Shown: piece by piece, positions 17,996 through 27,210 of the stretch
Layout of the letters: each line of letters starts with the position of its first letter
How positions within the stretch are numbered: position 1 is the first letter of the stretch
Assembly (NCBI RefSeq): GCF_042660085.1
Contig: NZ_JBHSTI010000008.1
Span: 2,235,604 to 2,267,603 of the forward strand
DNA length: 32,000 nucleotides
Reading direction: 5' to 3'
From: Longivirga aurantiaca
Lineage (GTDB): Bacteria; Actinomycetota; Actinomycetes; S36-B12; CAIYMF01
Translations under genes and position numbers: made by a program
Notes under the pieces: model-generated
Database searches by the model: none
Told to the model about the DNA's origin: nothing
Seen by the model: the letters and a program-made list of their open reading frames with translations, nothing else

Positions 17996-19444
17996 TCACA
18001 CCGCCGACCACAGCGGCGGGCGTCGGTGCGCCCACGGCGCGGCCTCCTCGAGCTGGGCCGCGAGCATGACGAGGGTGGCCTCGTCGTAGGGCCGGCCGAC
18101 CAGCTGGACGCCCACGGGCAGCGTGACCCCGTCGACCTCGGGCCACGCGATCGGCACCGAGACCGCCGGGAGCCCCGTGATGTTGTAGGGCGCGGTGAAC
18201 GGCGTGAACCGCTTCTGCGCCTCGAAGTCGGCGGCCGGGTCGTCGTCGTCGCGCAGGCCGCCGGGCCCGACCAGCGAGGGCAGCTGAGCGAGCGTGGGCG
18301 TGAGGATCGCGTCGTACGCCGAGGTCGCGTTGATCACCATGCGCGTGAGCAGCCGCATGGTGGAGACCGAGCCGGCCAGCTGGATGCCGCTCACCTGCCG
18401 GCCGCGCTCGCGCAGCCAGCGCGTCAGGGGCTGCAGGCGCTGCTCGTCCTCAGGGAGCACCGGGGTGAGCAGCGCGAGCACCGACCACACCGACTCGAAG
18501 GCGGGCACCGACTCCGGGCCGAACGGCGGCGGCACGTCCTCGACGGTGTGCCCGAGTCCCTCGAGCAGCCGCGAGGCCTCGTCCCACGCGGCCAGGCAGT
18601 GCGGGTCGACGTCCGCCTCGGCGATGACGGGCGTCGCGTAGCGCCCGATCCGCAGCCGACCGGGATCGCGGCCCGCTGCGGCGAGGAACGTCTCGCCGGC
18701 CGCCATGGGCCGCGCCGGGAACGGGTCGTCGGGGAACGGCCCGGCGAGCACGTCGAGGAGAGCGGCGGCGTCGGCCACCGTGCGCGCGAGGACCCCCTGG
18801 GTGGGCAGCTCGCCGACCGGATCGCGCAACGGGCCGTTGGAGATCCGGCCGCGCGCGGGCTTGATGCCGACGAGACCGGTGACGCTCGCAGGGATGCGGA
18901 TCGAGCCGCCGCCGTCCGAGCCGTGGCCCGCGCTCGCGAGCCCGGCCGCGACCGCGGCGGCCGCTCCCCCGCTGCTCCCGCCGGCGGAGCGCGAGAGGTC
19001 CCACGGCGTCCGAGCCGGTGGCGCCACGGCCGTCTCGGTGTAGCAGGGCAGGCCGAACTCGGGCGTGTTCGTCTTGCCCGTGATGACGAGCCCGCCCTGG
19101 CGCATGCGCGTCACCACGTTGTCGTCGCCGTACGGCGTCATGTCGTACGCCACCGAGCCCAGGGTGCACCGCACGCCGGCCACGAAGACCAGGTCCTTCG
19201 CGGGGACGACGGTGCCGAACAGCGCGCCGAGCGGCTCGCCGGCATCGGCAGCCGCGATGCGCGCATCGGCGGCCCGCGCCGCGTCGCGGGCGAGGTCGTC
19301 GGTGCGCGTGATGAACGCGCCCACCGTCTCGTCGAGCCGGTCGGTCCGTGCGATGTAGTGCTCGGTCAGCTCGAGCGAGCTGACCTCGCCGCTGCGGATC
19401 GCCGCCGCCTGTTCGAGCGCCGTGAGGTCGTGGAGGTCAGCCAT
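17996..19444 (-). CDS. Amidase (amidase signature family)
   Basis: ATG at 19444 (MADLHDLTALEQAAAIRSGEVSS). VVPAKDLVF, GLVITGKTNTPEFG and GGSSGGAAAAVAAGLASAGHGSDGGGSIRIPAS signature. Confidence 0.93.
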   Translation of the reverse strand: MADLHDLTALEQAAAIRSGEVSSLELTEHYIARTDRLDETVGAFITRTDDLARDAARAADARIAAADAGEPLGALFGTVVPAKDLVFVAGVRCTLGSVAYDMTPYGDDNVVTRMRQGGLVITGKTNTPEFGLPCYTETAVAPPARTPWDLSRSAGGSSGGAAAAVAAGLASAGHGSDGGGSIRIPASVTGLVGIKPARGRISNGPLRDPVGELPTQGVLARTVADAAALLDVLAGPFPDDPFPARPMAAGETFLAAAGRDPGRLRIGRYATPVIAEADVDPHCLAAWDEASRLLEGLGHTVEDVPPPFGPESVPAFESVWSVLALLTPVLPEDEQRLQPLTRWLRERGRQVSGIQLAGSVSTMRLLTRMVINATSAYDAILTPTLAQLPSLVGPGGLRDDDDPAADFEAQKRFTPFTAPYNITGLPAVSVPIAWPEVDGVTLPVGVQLVGRPYDEATLVMLAAQLEEAAPWAHRRPPLWSAV

Positions 19445-19518
19445 GGCGCCATGATCGCGTCGAACCCGCGACTTGTTCGGAGAACCCGGCCGTCGACCCC
19501 ATCCGCTCACCCTGGTCA

Positions 19519-19550
19519 ATCCGTCGCGACCCGGCCCGGAAGCGACGGAT
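19519..19550 (-). terminator. Hairpin between the small Cys protein gene and the amidase gene
   Basis: ATCCGTCGC-(14 nt)-GCGACGGAT, 9-bp perfect arms, just downstream of the stop at 19571 in the minus-strand direction. Confidence 0.45.
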
Positions 19551-19570
19551 GGATCAGTATCAGCGGGGGG

Positions 19571-19888
19571 TCAGCCGAGGAGCCGGCCGATGAGGAAGCC
19601 CACGAGCACGATGACGACCAGCGCCGTGAGGATCGCGACGAAGCACCCGAGGTAGCCGAGCAGCCGGGTCCGCGGTGCACCGCGCCACAGCGCCTCGGAC
19701 TCCGACCGGGCGACCGCCACGGGGCGCACGCGGTCGATCCAGGCGTCGAGGTGGGCAGGGGTGCAGAAGGCGAGGTCGGCGTCCACCTCGTGCCCGTCGG
19801 CGTCGACGTACAGCGCCGCCAGGGGCACGCCGCCATCGGCCATGGGCTCGCCGCACTCGGCGCACGGCAGGTCGACGGGCGTGCTCAC
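19571..19888 (-). CDS. Small protein with N-terminal CxxC and C-terminal TM helix
   Basis: MSTPVDLPCAECGEPMADGG...TRLLGYLGCFVAILTALVVIVLVGFLIGRLLG. Confidence 0.7.
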   Translation of the reverse strand: MSTPVDLPCAECGEPMADGGVPLAALYVDADGHEVDADLAFCTPAHLDAWIDRVRPVAVARSESEALWRGAPRTRLLGYLGCFVAILTALVVIVLVGFLIGRLLG

Positions 19889-19948
19889 GGGGAACAGCGT
19901 GGCAGCCCCGACGGCGTTTGGAACAGGGTCGGAGCGCAGTGCGTCCGG

Positions 19949-20107
19949 TCAGCCGTGGGTGTGCTGGTCCCACCCGAGCCTGATGGCGACGTTGGCGTCC
20001 GGGATCTCCTGCTTGCCGCAGCGCAGGCAGACGATGGCCCGGATCCGGTCCTCGAGCGTGACGGCGTGCCAGGCGTGGAACCCGATGATGCAGGTCAGCG
20101 GCCTCAT
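19949..20107 (-). CDS. Very small putative zinc-binding protein (52 aa)
   Basis: MRPLTCIIGFHAWHAVTLEDRIRAIVCLRCGKQEIPDANVAIRLGWDQHTHG, with C/H...CxxC pattern; ATG at 20107 within the longer listed ORF. Confidence 0.6.
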   Translation of the reverse strand: MRPLTCIIGFHAWHAVTLEDRIRAIVCLRCGKQEIPDANVAIRLGWDQHTHG

Positions 20108-20277
20108 GAGCTCTCCCCGTGGTCGGATCTCCCGATGCCACCACCGTCCTCCTCGCCGACCGCCGACGTGGGCGGATGCAGCAGCGCGTGACGGCGGCGG
20201 CACCGGGAGTGTCCGCGCGACGGGACGGCGCGCCGGAAGGGGCAGGGCGGGAGGCGGGGCGCACCTGCGCTCTTAGG

Positions 20278-22380
20278 GTGTGCGACGTGCCGCTGTACCC
20301 CGATGCCCCGCGCCTCGACGTCGTCGACGACCTCCACGGTCGACCCGTCCCCGACCCCTACCGCTGGCTCGAGAGCGGAGAAGCCGGCGACGATGCGCCG
20401 CGCGCAGCCTGGTCGGCGCAGCAGGCGGAGCTGTACGACGCCGAGGCCGCCACCTGGACGACCACCGAGCACTGGCGCGCACGGGTCGGCGCCCTGCTCA
20501 AGGCCGGCGGCGTCGGCCCGCCCGCGCACCGCGGCGACCGCGCGTTCTTCATGCGCCGCGAGCCCGACGGCGACATGGCCGTGCTCTGGACCATCGACCC
20601 CGACGGCACCGAGCGGGTGCTCATCGACCCGATGCAGCTCGACCCCGAGGGCCACACCACGCTCGACGCGTTCCAGCCGAGCAAGGAGGGGCACCTCCTC
20701 GCCTACCAGCTCTCCGTGGGAGGCACGGAGGAGCCCGACCTCTTCGTCATGGACGTCGCGACCGGTGAGCAGCTCGAGGGTCCGATCGGCCGCGTGCGCT
20801 TCTCGCCGATCGCCTGGCTGCCGGGAGCAGAGGCGTACTACTACGTGCGCCGCCTCGACCCGTCGCTGGTGCCCGAGAACGAGCGGCCCTTCCACCGACG
20901 CGTCTACCTGCACCGCCTCGGCGCCGACCCGGGCACCGACGTCGAGATCTTCGGCGCCGACCGCACGATCACCAACTACTACGGCGTCTCGGTCAGCATC
21001 GACGGCCGCTGGCTGCAGGTGTCATCGCAGGAGGGCACCGAGCCGCGCAACGACCTCTGGATCGCCGACCTCACGACGTCCTCCCTCGAGGCCCCCGAGC
21101 TCGTGCCGGTGCAGGTCGACGTCGACGCCCAGACCGGCATCTCGTTCGGCCGCGACGGCCGCTTCTACGTCCACACCGATCGCGATGCGCCGATGGGCCG
21201 CCTCGCCGTGGTCGACCCCGCGACGCCGACGGCCGAGAACTGGGTGGACCTCCTGCCGGAGGACCCGACCGCCGTGCTCGAGGACTTCGCCGTCCTCGAC
21301 GGCGACGACATGCCCGAGCCGCGGCTGCTCGCGACCTGGTCGAGGCACGGCGTCGGCGAGATGACGCTGCACGACCTCGCCACCGGCGCGAAGCTCGACG
21401 ACGTCGCGCTCCCCGGCATCGGCACCCTCGGCGGGATCGTCGAGCGGCCGGACGGCGGCCCGGTCGTGTGGTTCGTCTACACCGACTACACGACGCCGTC
21501 GAACGTCTACACGTACGACGGGCGCACGGGCGCGGTCACGCTGTACGCGTCGCCGCCCGGGCACGTCGACGTGCCCACCGTCTTCAGCCGCCAGGAGACC
21601 TTCACGTCGAAGGACGGCACGACCGTCCGCATGTTCGTGCTGTCCCCGTCCGACGGCCCCGACCGTCCGCGTCCCACGCTGCTCTCCGGCTACGGCGGCT
21701 TCGGCATCGCGATGCAGCCGGCGTACTCGTCGACGTCGCTCGCCTGGGTCGAGGCCGGGGGCGTGTACGCCGTCGCCTGCATCCGCGGCGGTGGCGACGA
21801 GGGCGAGGAGTGGCATCGCGACGGCATGCTGGCCAACAAGCAGAACGTGTTCGACGACTTCCACGCCGCGCAGGAGCACCTGATCGCGACCGGCCGCACC
21901 ACTCCGGAGCAGCTCGCGGTGATCGGCGGCAGCAACGGCGGCCTGCTCATGGGAGCGGTCGTCACGCAGCGACCGGATCTCGCGCGCACCGTCGTCTGCC
22001 AGGCGCCGCTGCTCGACATGGTGCGCTACACGACCTCGCAGCTCGGGCAGAGCTGGACGGTCGAGTACGGCGACCCCACGGTGCCGGAGGAGCTCGACTG
22101 GCTGCTGTCGTACTCGCCGTACCACAACGTGCCCGAGGGCACCGACTTCCCGGCCCTGCTCATGATGGTGTTCGACAACGACAGCCGCACCGACCCCATG
22201 CACGGGCGCAAGTTCGTCGCAGCCGTGCAGCACGCGTCGAAGGGCGACCGGCCGATCGTGCTGCGCACCGAGGCCAACGTCGGCCACGGCGCCCGCTCGG
22301 TGGCGAAGTCGGTGGACGAGATGGCCGAGACGCTCGCCTTCGTCGCGCACTGGACGGGGCTCGAGCCGGGCGCCGGTTAG
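20278..22380 (+). CDS. Prolyl oligopeptidase family serine peptidase (S9A)
   Basis: N-terminal PRLDVVDDLHGRPVPDPYRWLE, catalytic IGGSNGGLLMGAVVTQRPDLARTVVCQAPLLDMVRY, terminal ANVGHGARS. Start GTG is 20278 or 20287. Confidence 0.93.
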   Translation: MCDVPLYPDAPRLDVVDDLHGRPVPDPYRWLESGEAGDDAPRAAWSAQQAELYDAEAATWTTTEHWRARVGALLKAGGVGPPAHRGDRAFFMRREPDGDMAVLWTIDPDGTERVLIDPMQLDPEGHTTLDAFQPSKEGHLLAYQLSVGGTEEPDLFVMDVATGEQLEGPIGRVRFSPIAWLPGAEAYYYVRRLDPSLVPENERPFHRRVYLHRLGADPGTDVEIFGADRTITNYYGVSVSIDGRWLQVSSQEGTEPRNDLWIADLTTSSLEAPELVPVQVDVDAQTGISFGRDGRFYVHTDRDAPMGRLAVVDPATPTAENWVDLLPEDPTAVLEDFAVLDGDDMPEPRLLATWSRHGVGEMTLHDLATGAKLDDVALPGIGTLGGIVERPDGGPVVWFVYTDYTTPSNVYTYDGRTGAVTLYASPPGHVDVPTVFSRQETFTSKDGTTVRMFVLSPSDGPDRPRPTLLSGYGGFGIAMQPAYSSTSLAWVEAGGVYAVACIRGGGDEGEEWHRDGMLANKQNVFDDFHAAQEHLIATGRTTPEQLAVIGGSNGGLLMGAVVTQRPDLARTVVCQAPLLDMVRYTTSQLGQSWTVEYGDPTVPEELDWLLSYSPYHNVPEGTDFPALLMMVFDNDSRTDPMHGRKFVAAVQHASKGDRPIVLRTEANVGHGARSVAKSVDEMAETLAFVAHWTGLEPGAG

Positions 22381-22390
22381 GCTCGTCCAC

Positions 22391-23368
22391 GTGACCGGAT
22401 CCCTGCTCGCGAGCACCGCCAAGGACACCAAGGCGGGCAATGCGGCCGTCGACGTCCTCACGAGCGTCTGGAACTGGTTCCTCGACTACGCCCTGACGAT
22501 CGGGCTCACCATCGCGTTCTCCCTGCTGATCTGGTGGATCTGCATCCGGATCATCCGCCGGGTCACCGAGCAGGCGAAGAAGCGGCTGCGGCAGGACCGA
22601 CCAGGTCAGGCCCGCGCGGCCGAGCACACGCAGGAGCTGACCGCCGTCCTCATGACCGCACGGCGCGAGCAGCGCGCCGAGGCGCTCGGGCAGCTCATGC
22701 GCAGCATCGTGACCTTCACGATCTTCGGGCTCGGGATCCTCGTCGTGCTGGCCCAGGCCGGGGTCAACCTCACGCCGATCCTCGCCAGCGCCGGCGTCGT
22801 CGGCGTCGCGCTCGGCTTCGGCGCGCAGACGCTCGTCAAGGACTTCCTGTCCGGCATCTTCCTCGTGCTGGAGGACCAGTTCGGCGTCGGCGACGTCGTC
22901 GACCTCGGCCCTGCGATCGGCACGGTGGAGGAGGTCACGCTGCGCATCACGCGCGTCCGCGACCTGTCCGGCATCGTCTGGTACGTGCGCAACGGCGAGA
23001 TCCTGCGCGTCGGCAACCGGTCGCAGGGCTGGACCACCGCCGTGGTCGACGTGCCCGTCGCGTTCAACGAGGACCTCGACCGCGTCCGCCGCATCGTCGA
23101 CAAGGTCGGCACGATGATGGACGGCGACCCGGCGTACGACGGGATCCTGTTCGGGATGCCCACCTATGCCGGCGTCGAGAGCGTGAGCGGTGACGCGATG
23201 TTCGTGCGGGTCATCGCCAAGGCCGCGCCCGACCAGCAGATGACCGCCGCGCGGGCGATCCGCGAGCAGATCAAGCTCGGCTTCGACGAGGCCGGCATCA
23301 AGGTGCCCGTGCTGGTGCGCCAGAACCTGCCGGGCAGCACTCCCCCCGCGACGCCGCCTCCCGCCTAG
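22391..23368 (+). CDS. MscS-family mechanosensitive channel
   Basis: PILASAGVVGVALGFGAQTLVKDFLSGIFLVLEDQFGVGDVVDL pore/beta motif; N-terminal TM helices. Confidence 0.93.
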   Translation: MTGSLLASTAKDTKAGNAAVDVLTSVWNWFLDYALTIGLTIAFSLLIWWICIRIIRRVTEQAKKRLRQDRPGQARAAEHTQELTAVLMTARREQRAEALGQLMRSIVTFTIFGLGILVVLAQAGVNLTPILASAGVVGVALGFGAQTLVKDFLSGIFLVLEDQFGVGDVVDLGPAIGTVEEVTLRITRVRDLSGIVWYVRNGEILRVGNRSQGWTTAVVDVPVAFNEDLDRVRRIVDKVGTMMDGDPAYDGILFGMPTYAGVESVSGDAMFVRVIAKAAPDQQMTAARAIREQIKLGFDEAGIKVPVLVRQNLPGSTPPATPPPA

Positions 23369-23412
23369 CTGAGTGCCGATCACGTCGCAGAGCGCACCCT
23401 GGTTACCCAGCC
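23364..23412 (+). repeat. 49-bp direct repeat, copy 1
   Basis: CCTAGCTGAGTGCCGATCACGTCGCAGAGCGCACCCTGGTTACCCAGCC; overlaps the MscS stop codon. Confidence 0.97.
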
Positions 23413-23424
23413 TGACCCTCTGTA

Positions 23425-23473
23425 CCTAGCTGAGTGCCGATCACGTCGCAGAGCGCACCCTGGTTACCCAGCC
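23425..23473 (+). repeat. 49-bp direct repeat, copy 2 (identical, period 61 bp)
   Basis: Identical 49 bases to 23364-23412, separated by TGACCCTCTGTA. Confidence 0.97.
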
Positions 23474-23521
23474 AGCGGCGCTCGCGCTGCGCCTCGCCGC
23501 CATCCCCGACAGACTGCAGGC

Positions 23522-25033
23522 ATGCTGTGCCTCGTCACCGGTGCCACCGGCTACATCGGCGGCCGACTCGTCCCCGAGCTGCTCGCCGCCGGGCACGAGG
23601 TGCGCGTGCTGGCCCGCCACCCCGAGCGGCTCGTCGACCGCACCTGGGTCAACGACGTCCAGGTGGTCAGCGGCGATGCCGGTGATCCCGACGCCGTGCG
23701 AGCGGCGCTGCGCGGAGTCGACGTCGCCTACTACCTCATGCACTCGCTCATGGCCGGCGACGGGTTCCACGACGTCGAGGTGCTGCTCGCCCGGATCTTC
23801 GGGACGACAGCGCGCGACGAGAAGGTGAAGCGCGTCGTCTACCTCGGCGGGCTGCACCCCGAGAACGCGCCCGGCAGCCTCTCGGACCACATGGCGAGCA
23901 GGCGCCAGGTCGGCGAGATCCTGCGCGGGTCGGGCGTGCCGACGGCCGAGCTGCGCGCCGCCGTCATCATCGGCAGCGGCAGCGCGAGCTTCGAGATGAT
24001 CCGCTACCTCACCGAGCGACTGCCGTTCATGATCACCCCGAGGTGGCTGCGGATGCCGACGCAGCCGATCGCGGTCCGCGACGTCCTCTACTACCTCGTG
24101 CAGGCAGCCGCCTTGCCGCCGGAGGTCAACCGCACGTTCGACATCGGCGGCCCCGACGTGACGACGTACGAGGGGATGATCCAGGGCTACGCGAGGGCTG
24201 CGGGGCTGCGCAAGCGCACGATCATCGGAGCCCCGATCCTCACACCGCGGCTGTCGAGCCGGTGGGTCGGGCTCATGACGCCGGTCCCCAGCACGATGGC
24301 CCGACCGCTCGTCGAGAGCCTGTCGGCGCCCTCGGTCTGCTCCGAGCACGACATCGCGCGCTACATCCCCGACCCCGTCGACGGCCTGGTGCCGTACCAG
24401 CGCGCCGTCCAGCTGGCGCTCATGAAGCTGCAGTACGCCGACGTCCGCACCTCCTGGTCGAGCTCGAGCCTGCCCGGAGCGCCGAGCGACCCGCTGCCCA
24501 GCGACCCCGACTGGGCAGGAGGCGCGCTGTACGTCGACGCGCGCGAGACCGTGGTCGACGCGACGCCCGCCTCGCTCTGGCGCGTGATCGAGGGCCTCGG
24601 CGGCGACCGCGGCTACTACTCCTTCCCGCTCGCGTGGGAGGTGCGCGGCTGGCTCGACCGAGCGGTCGGAGGCGTCGGGCTCGCCCGCGGACGACGCCAC
24701 CCGGAGACCCTGCGCATCGGCGACCCCCTCGACTTCTGGCGGGTCGAGGAGCGCACGCCGCTGAGGCTCCTGCGGCTGCGCGGCGAGTTCCGGATGCCCG
24801 GGCTGGCCTGGCTCGAGCTCGGCATCCGCGAGGACCACGACGCCGACGGCCACCCGATCACCGTCTACACGCAGAAGGCCAGCTTCCACCCCCGGGGGAT
24901 GCCGGGCGAGGCGTACTGGAAGGCGATGCTCCCCTTCCACGGCATCATCTTCGGCTCGATGCTGAAGAACATCCGCGAGAACGCCGAGACCCTCGAGCGC
25001 ACGGGCACCCTGCCCACGATCGACGCCGCCTGA
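23522..25033 (+). CDS. NAD(P)-binding SDR-family protein with C-terminal DUF2867-like region
   Basis: MLCLVTGATGYIGGRLVPELLAAGHEVRVLAR Rossmann motif; C-terminal LWRVIEGLGGDRGYYSFPLAWEVRGWLDRAVGGVGLARGRR...LRIGDPLDFWRVE. Confidence 0.88.
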   Translation: MLCLVTGATGYIGGRLVPELLAAGHEVRVLARHPERLVDRTWVNDVQVVSGDAGDPDAVRAALRGVDVAYYLMHSLMAGDGFHDVEVLLARIFGTTARDEKVKRVVYLGGLHPENAPGSLSDHMASRRQVGEILRGSGVPTAELRAAVIIGSGSASFEMIRYLTERLPFMITPRWLRMPTQPIAVRDVLYYLVQAAALPPEVNRTFDIGGPDVTTYEGMIQGYARAAGLRKRTIIGAPILTPRLSSRWVGLMTPVPSTMARPLVESLSAPSVCSEHDIARYIPDPVDGLVPYQRAVQLALMKLQYADVRTSWSSSSLPGAPSDPLPSDPDWAGGALYVDARETVVDATPASLWRVIEGLGGDRGYYSFPLAWEVRGWLDRAVGGVGLARGRRHPETLRIGDPLDFWRVEERTPLRLLRLRGEFRMPGLAWLELGIREDHDADGHPITVYTQKASFHPRGMPGEAYWKAMLPFHGIIFGSMLKNIRENAETLERTGTLPTIDAA

Positions 25034-25082
25034 ACGGCCGGGCGAGGTCGGGCGGCCGTCGGCGAACGGGCATGATGGGCAC

Positions 25083-25535
25083 GTGACGCAAGGACCTCCC
25101 CCGACCCCGTACGAGGCCATGGGCGGATCCCCGTTCTTCGCCACCCTCGTGCACCGCTTCTACGAGGGCGTGTCCGACGATCCGCTGCTGCGGCCGATGT
25201 ACCCGCCGGGCGACCTCGAGCCCGCGGAGCGGCGGCTGCGGATGTTCCTCGAGCAGTACTGGGGCGGCCCCGGCACCTACTCCGAGGAGCGCGGCCACCC
25301 GCGCCTGCGCATGCGCCACAACCCCTACGTGATCGACGACGCCGCCCGCGACGCCTGGCTGTCGCACATGCGCCGCGCCCTCGACCTCGCGATGGACGAG
25401 CACGGCCTCGACCCGTCGTGGGAGCAGGAGCTCTGGCGCTACCTCGTGGGTGCCGCCATCGCGATGGTCAACCACGTGCCCGACGAGCAGCCCGGCATCC
25501 CGGTGGCCGACGACATCCAGGAGAAACCCCGATGA
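25083..25535 (+). CDS. glbO: Group II truncated haemoglobin (trHbO-type)
   Basis: YEAMGGSPFFATLVHRFYEGVSDDPLLRPMYPPGDLEPAERRLRMFLEQYWGGPGTYSEERGHPRLRMRHNPY. Confidence 0.93.
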   Translation: MTQGPPPTPYEAMGGSPFFATLVHRFYEGVSDDPLLRPMYPPGDLEPAERRLRMFLEQYWGGPGTYSEERGHPRLRMRHNPYVIDDAARDAWLSHMRRALDLAMDEHGLDPSWEQELWRYLVGAAIAMVNHVPDEQPGIPVADDIQEKPR

Positions 25536-27205
25536 CCACCACCGACCTGCCCGAGCGCGAGGGCAACGCCGGTCTCCCCAGCCGCATCGAGCGCCCGTGG
25601 TGGCGCGACGCCGTCGTCTACCAGATCTACCCCCGCTCGTTCGCCGACAGCGACGGCGACGGCCTGGGCGACATCCCGGGCATCCGCCAGCGGCTGGCGC
25701 ACGTCGTCGACCTCGGGGTCGATGCGATCTGGCTGTCGCCGTTCTACCCGTCGCCGCTGCTCGACGGCGGGTACGACGTGGCCGATCCTCGCGACGTCGA
25801 CCCGCGCCTCGGCACGGTCGAGGATCTGCGCGGCCTGGTGCAGGACTGCCATGCGAACGGACTCAAGATCTTCGTCGACGTCGTGCCCAACCACTTCTCG
25901 TGGGCGCACCGCTGGTTCCGCGAGACGGCCGGCGCAGCGATCGACTCGCCGGAGTGGGCGCGCTTCCATGCGGTGCGCGGCCGCGGCGAGAACGGTGAGA
26001 TCGAGCCCAACGACTGGAGGAGCGCGTTCGGCGGCCCGGCGTGGACGCCCGTCGACGGGCACGCCGGCTGGTGGTACCTCCACCTCTTCGACTCCTCGCA
26101 GCCCGACGTGAACTGGGACAACCCCGAGGTCCACGCCGACTTCGTGCAGACGCTCCGCTTCTGGTTCGACATCGGGGTCGACGGCTTCCGCATCGACGTC
26201 GCCCACGGGCTCGTGAAGGCGCCCGGCTATCCCGACGAGGACAAGCCTGAGGACGGCCACGCGCAGGTGCTCGCCGGGGCCATCGCCGACTCCCCGCACT
26301 GGGACCAGCCCGGGGTGCACGACATCTGGCGCGAGTGGCGCCGCGTGGCCGACGAGTACTCGCCCGACCGCGCGTTCGTCGGTGAGGCCTGGGTCGCGAC
26401 GCCCGAGGCCCAGGCGGCGTACACCCGCCCGGGCGAGCTGCACACGACGTTCAACTTCCACTTCCTCAAGACCTGGTGGGAGGCCGACAAGCTGCGCGAG
26501 GTCATCGGCCTCTCGCTGCTGTCGTCCGCGGCGGTCGGCGCCCCGTGCACCTGGGTGCTGTCGAACCACGACGTGTGGCGACCGGTCACGCGCCTCGCCC
26601 CCTGGCTCGACGCGACGACGATCGACCTCGAGACGGGCAAGCGCCGCGCGCTCGCGATGAGCCTCGTGTCGCTGGCGCTCCCGGGGTCGGCGTACCTCTA
26701 CCAGGGCGAGGAGCTCGGCCTGCCCGAGGTGCTCGACATCCCCGACGAGCAGCGCCAGGACCCGACGTTCTTCCGCACCCACGGCGAGGTGAAGGGCCGC
26801 GACGGCTGCCGCGTGCCGCTGCCGTGGTCGGGTGACGCGTCGCCGTACGGCTTCTCGACGGGCACGCCGCACCTCCCCCAGCCCGACGGGTGGGGGCCGT
26901 TCACGGCCGAGGCGCAGAAGGCCGACCCGGGGTCGACCTTCTCGCTCTACAAGCGGGCCCTCGCCGTCCGGAAGGGCCTCGAGAGCCTGGGCGACGGCGA
27001 GATGCGGTGGATCGACGCCGGCCACTCCGACATCGTGGCGTTCGAGCGCCCCGGCGACCGGCCGGTGACTGTGTTCCTCGCGATGGGCGGCAGCGACCGC
27101 ATCGTTGCGGTGGACGGCGAGATCCTGGTGGAGTCGGGCGGGGTCACGCGCCAGGCTGACGGCATGCTGCACCTGCCGCCCGCCTCCGCCGTCTGGCTGG
27201 CGTAG
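25532..27205 (+). CDS. GH13 alpha-glucosidase / alpha-amylase family protein
   Basis: ATG at 25532. WWRDAVVYQIYPRSFADSDGDGLGDIPGI, VDVVPNHFSWAHRWF, GVDGFRIDVAHGLVK, VLSNHD, YLYQGEELGLPEV. Confidence 0.95.
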   Translation: MTTTDLPEREGNAGLPSRIERPWWRDAVVYQIYPRSFADSDGDGLGDIPGIRQRLAHVVDLGVDAIWLSPFYPSPLLDGGYDVADPRDVDPRLGTVEDLRGLVQDCHANGLKIFVDVVPNHFSWAHRWFRETAGAAIDSPEWARFHAVRGRGENGEIEPNDWRSAFGGPAWTPVDGHAGWWYLHLFDSSQPDVNWDNPEVHADFVQTLRFWFDIGVDGFRIDVAHGLVKAPGYPDEDKPEDGHAQVLAGAIADSPHWDQPGVHDIWREWRRVADEYSPDRAFVGEAWVATPEAQAAYTRPGELHTTFNFHFLKTWWEADKLREVIGLSLLSSAAVGAPCTWVLSNHDVWRPVTRLAPWLDATTIDLETGKRRALAMSLVSLALPGSAYLYQGEELGLPEVLDIPDEQRQDPTFFRTHGEVKGRDGCRVPLPWSGDASPYGFSTGTPHLPQPDGWGPFTAEAQKADPGSTFSLYKRALAVRKGLESLGDGEMRWIDAGHSDIVAFERPGDRPVTVFLAMGGSDRIVAVDGEILVESGGVTRQADGMLHLPPASAVWLA

Positions 27206-27210
27206 CCGAC

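Noticed and set aside
15786-20191. Long plus-strand ORFs 15786-17987 and 17984-20191
   Set aside because: Antisense shadows of malQ and the amidase; composition biased and without motifs.
23364-23473. CRISPR array hypothesis for the 49-bp repeats
   Set aside because: Only two repeats, a 12-bp spacer, and no cas genes in the window.
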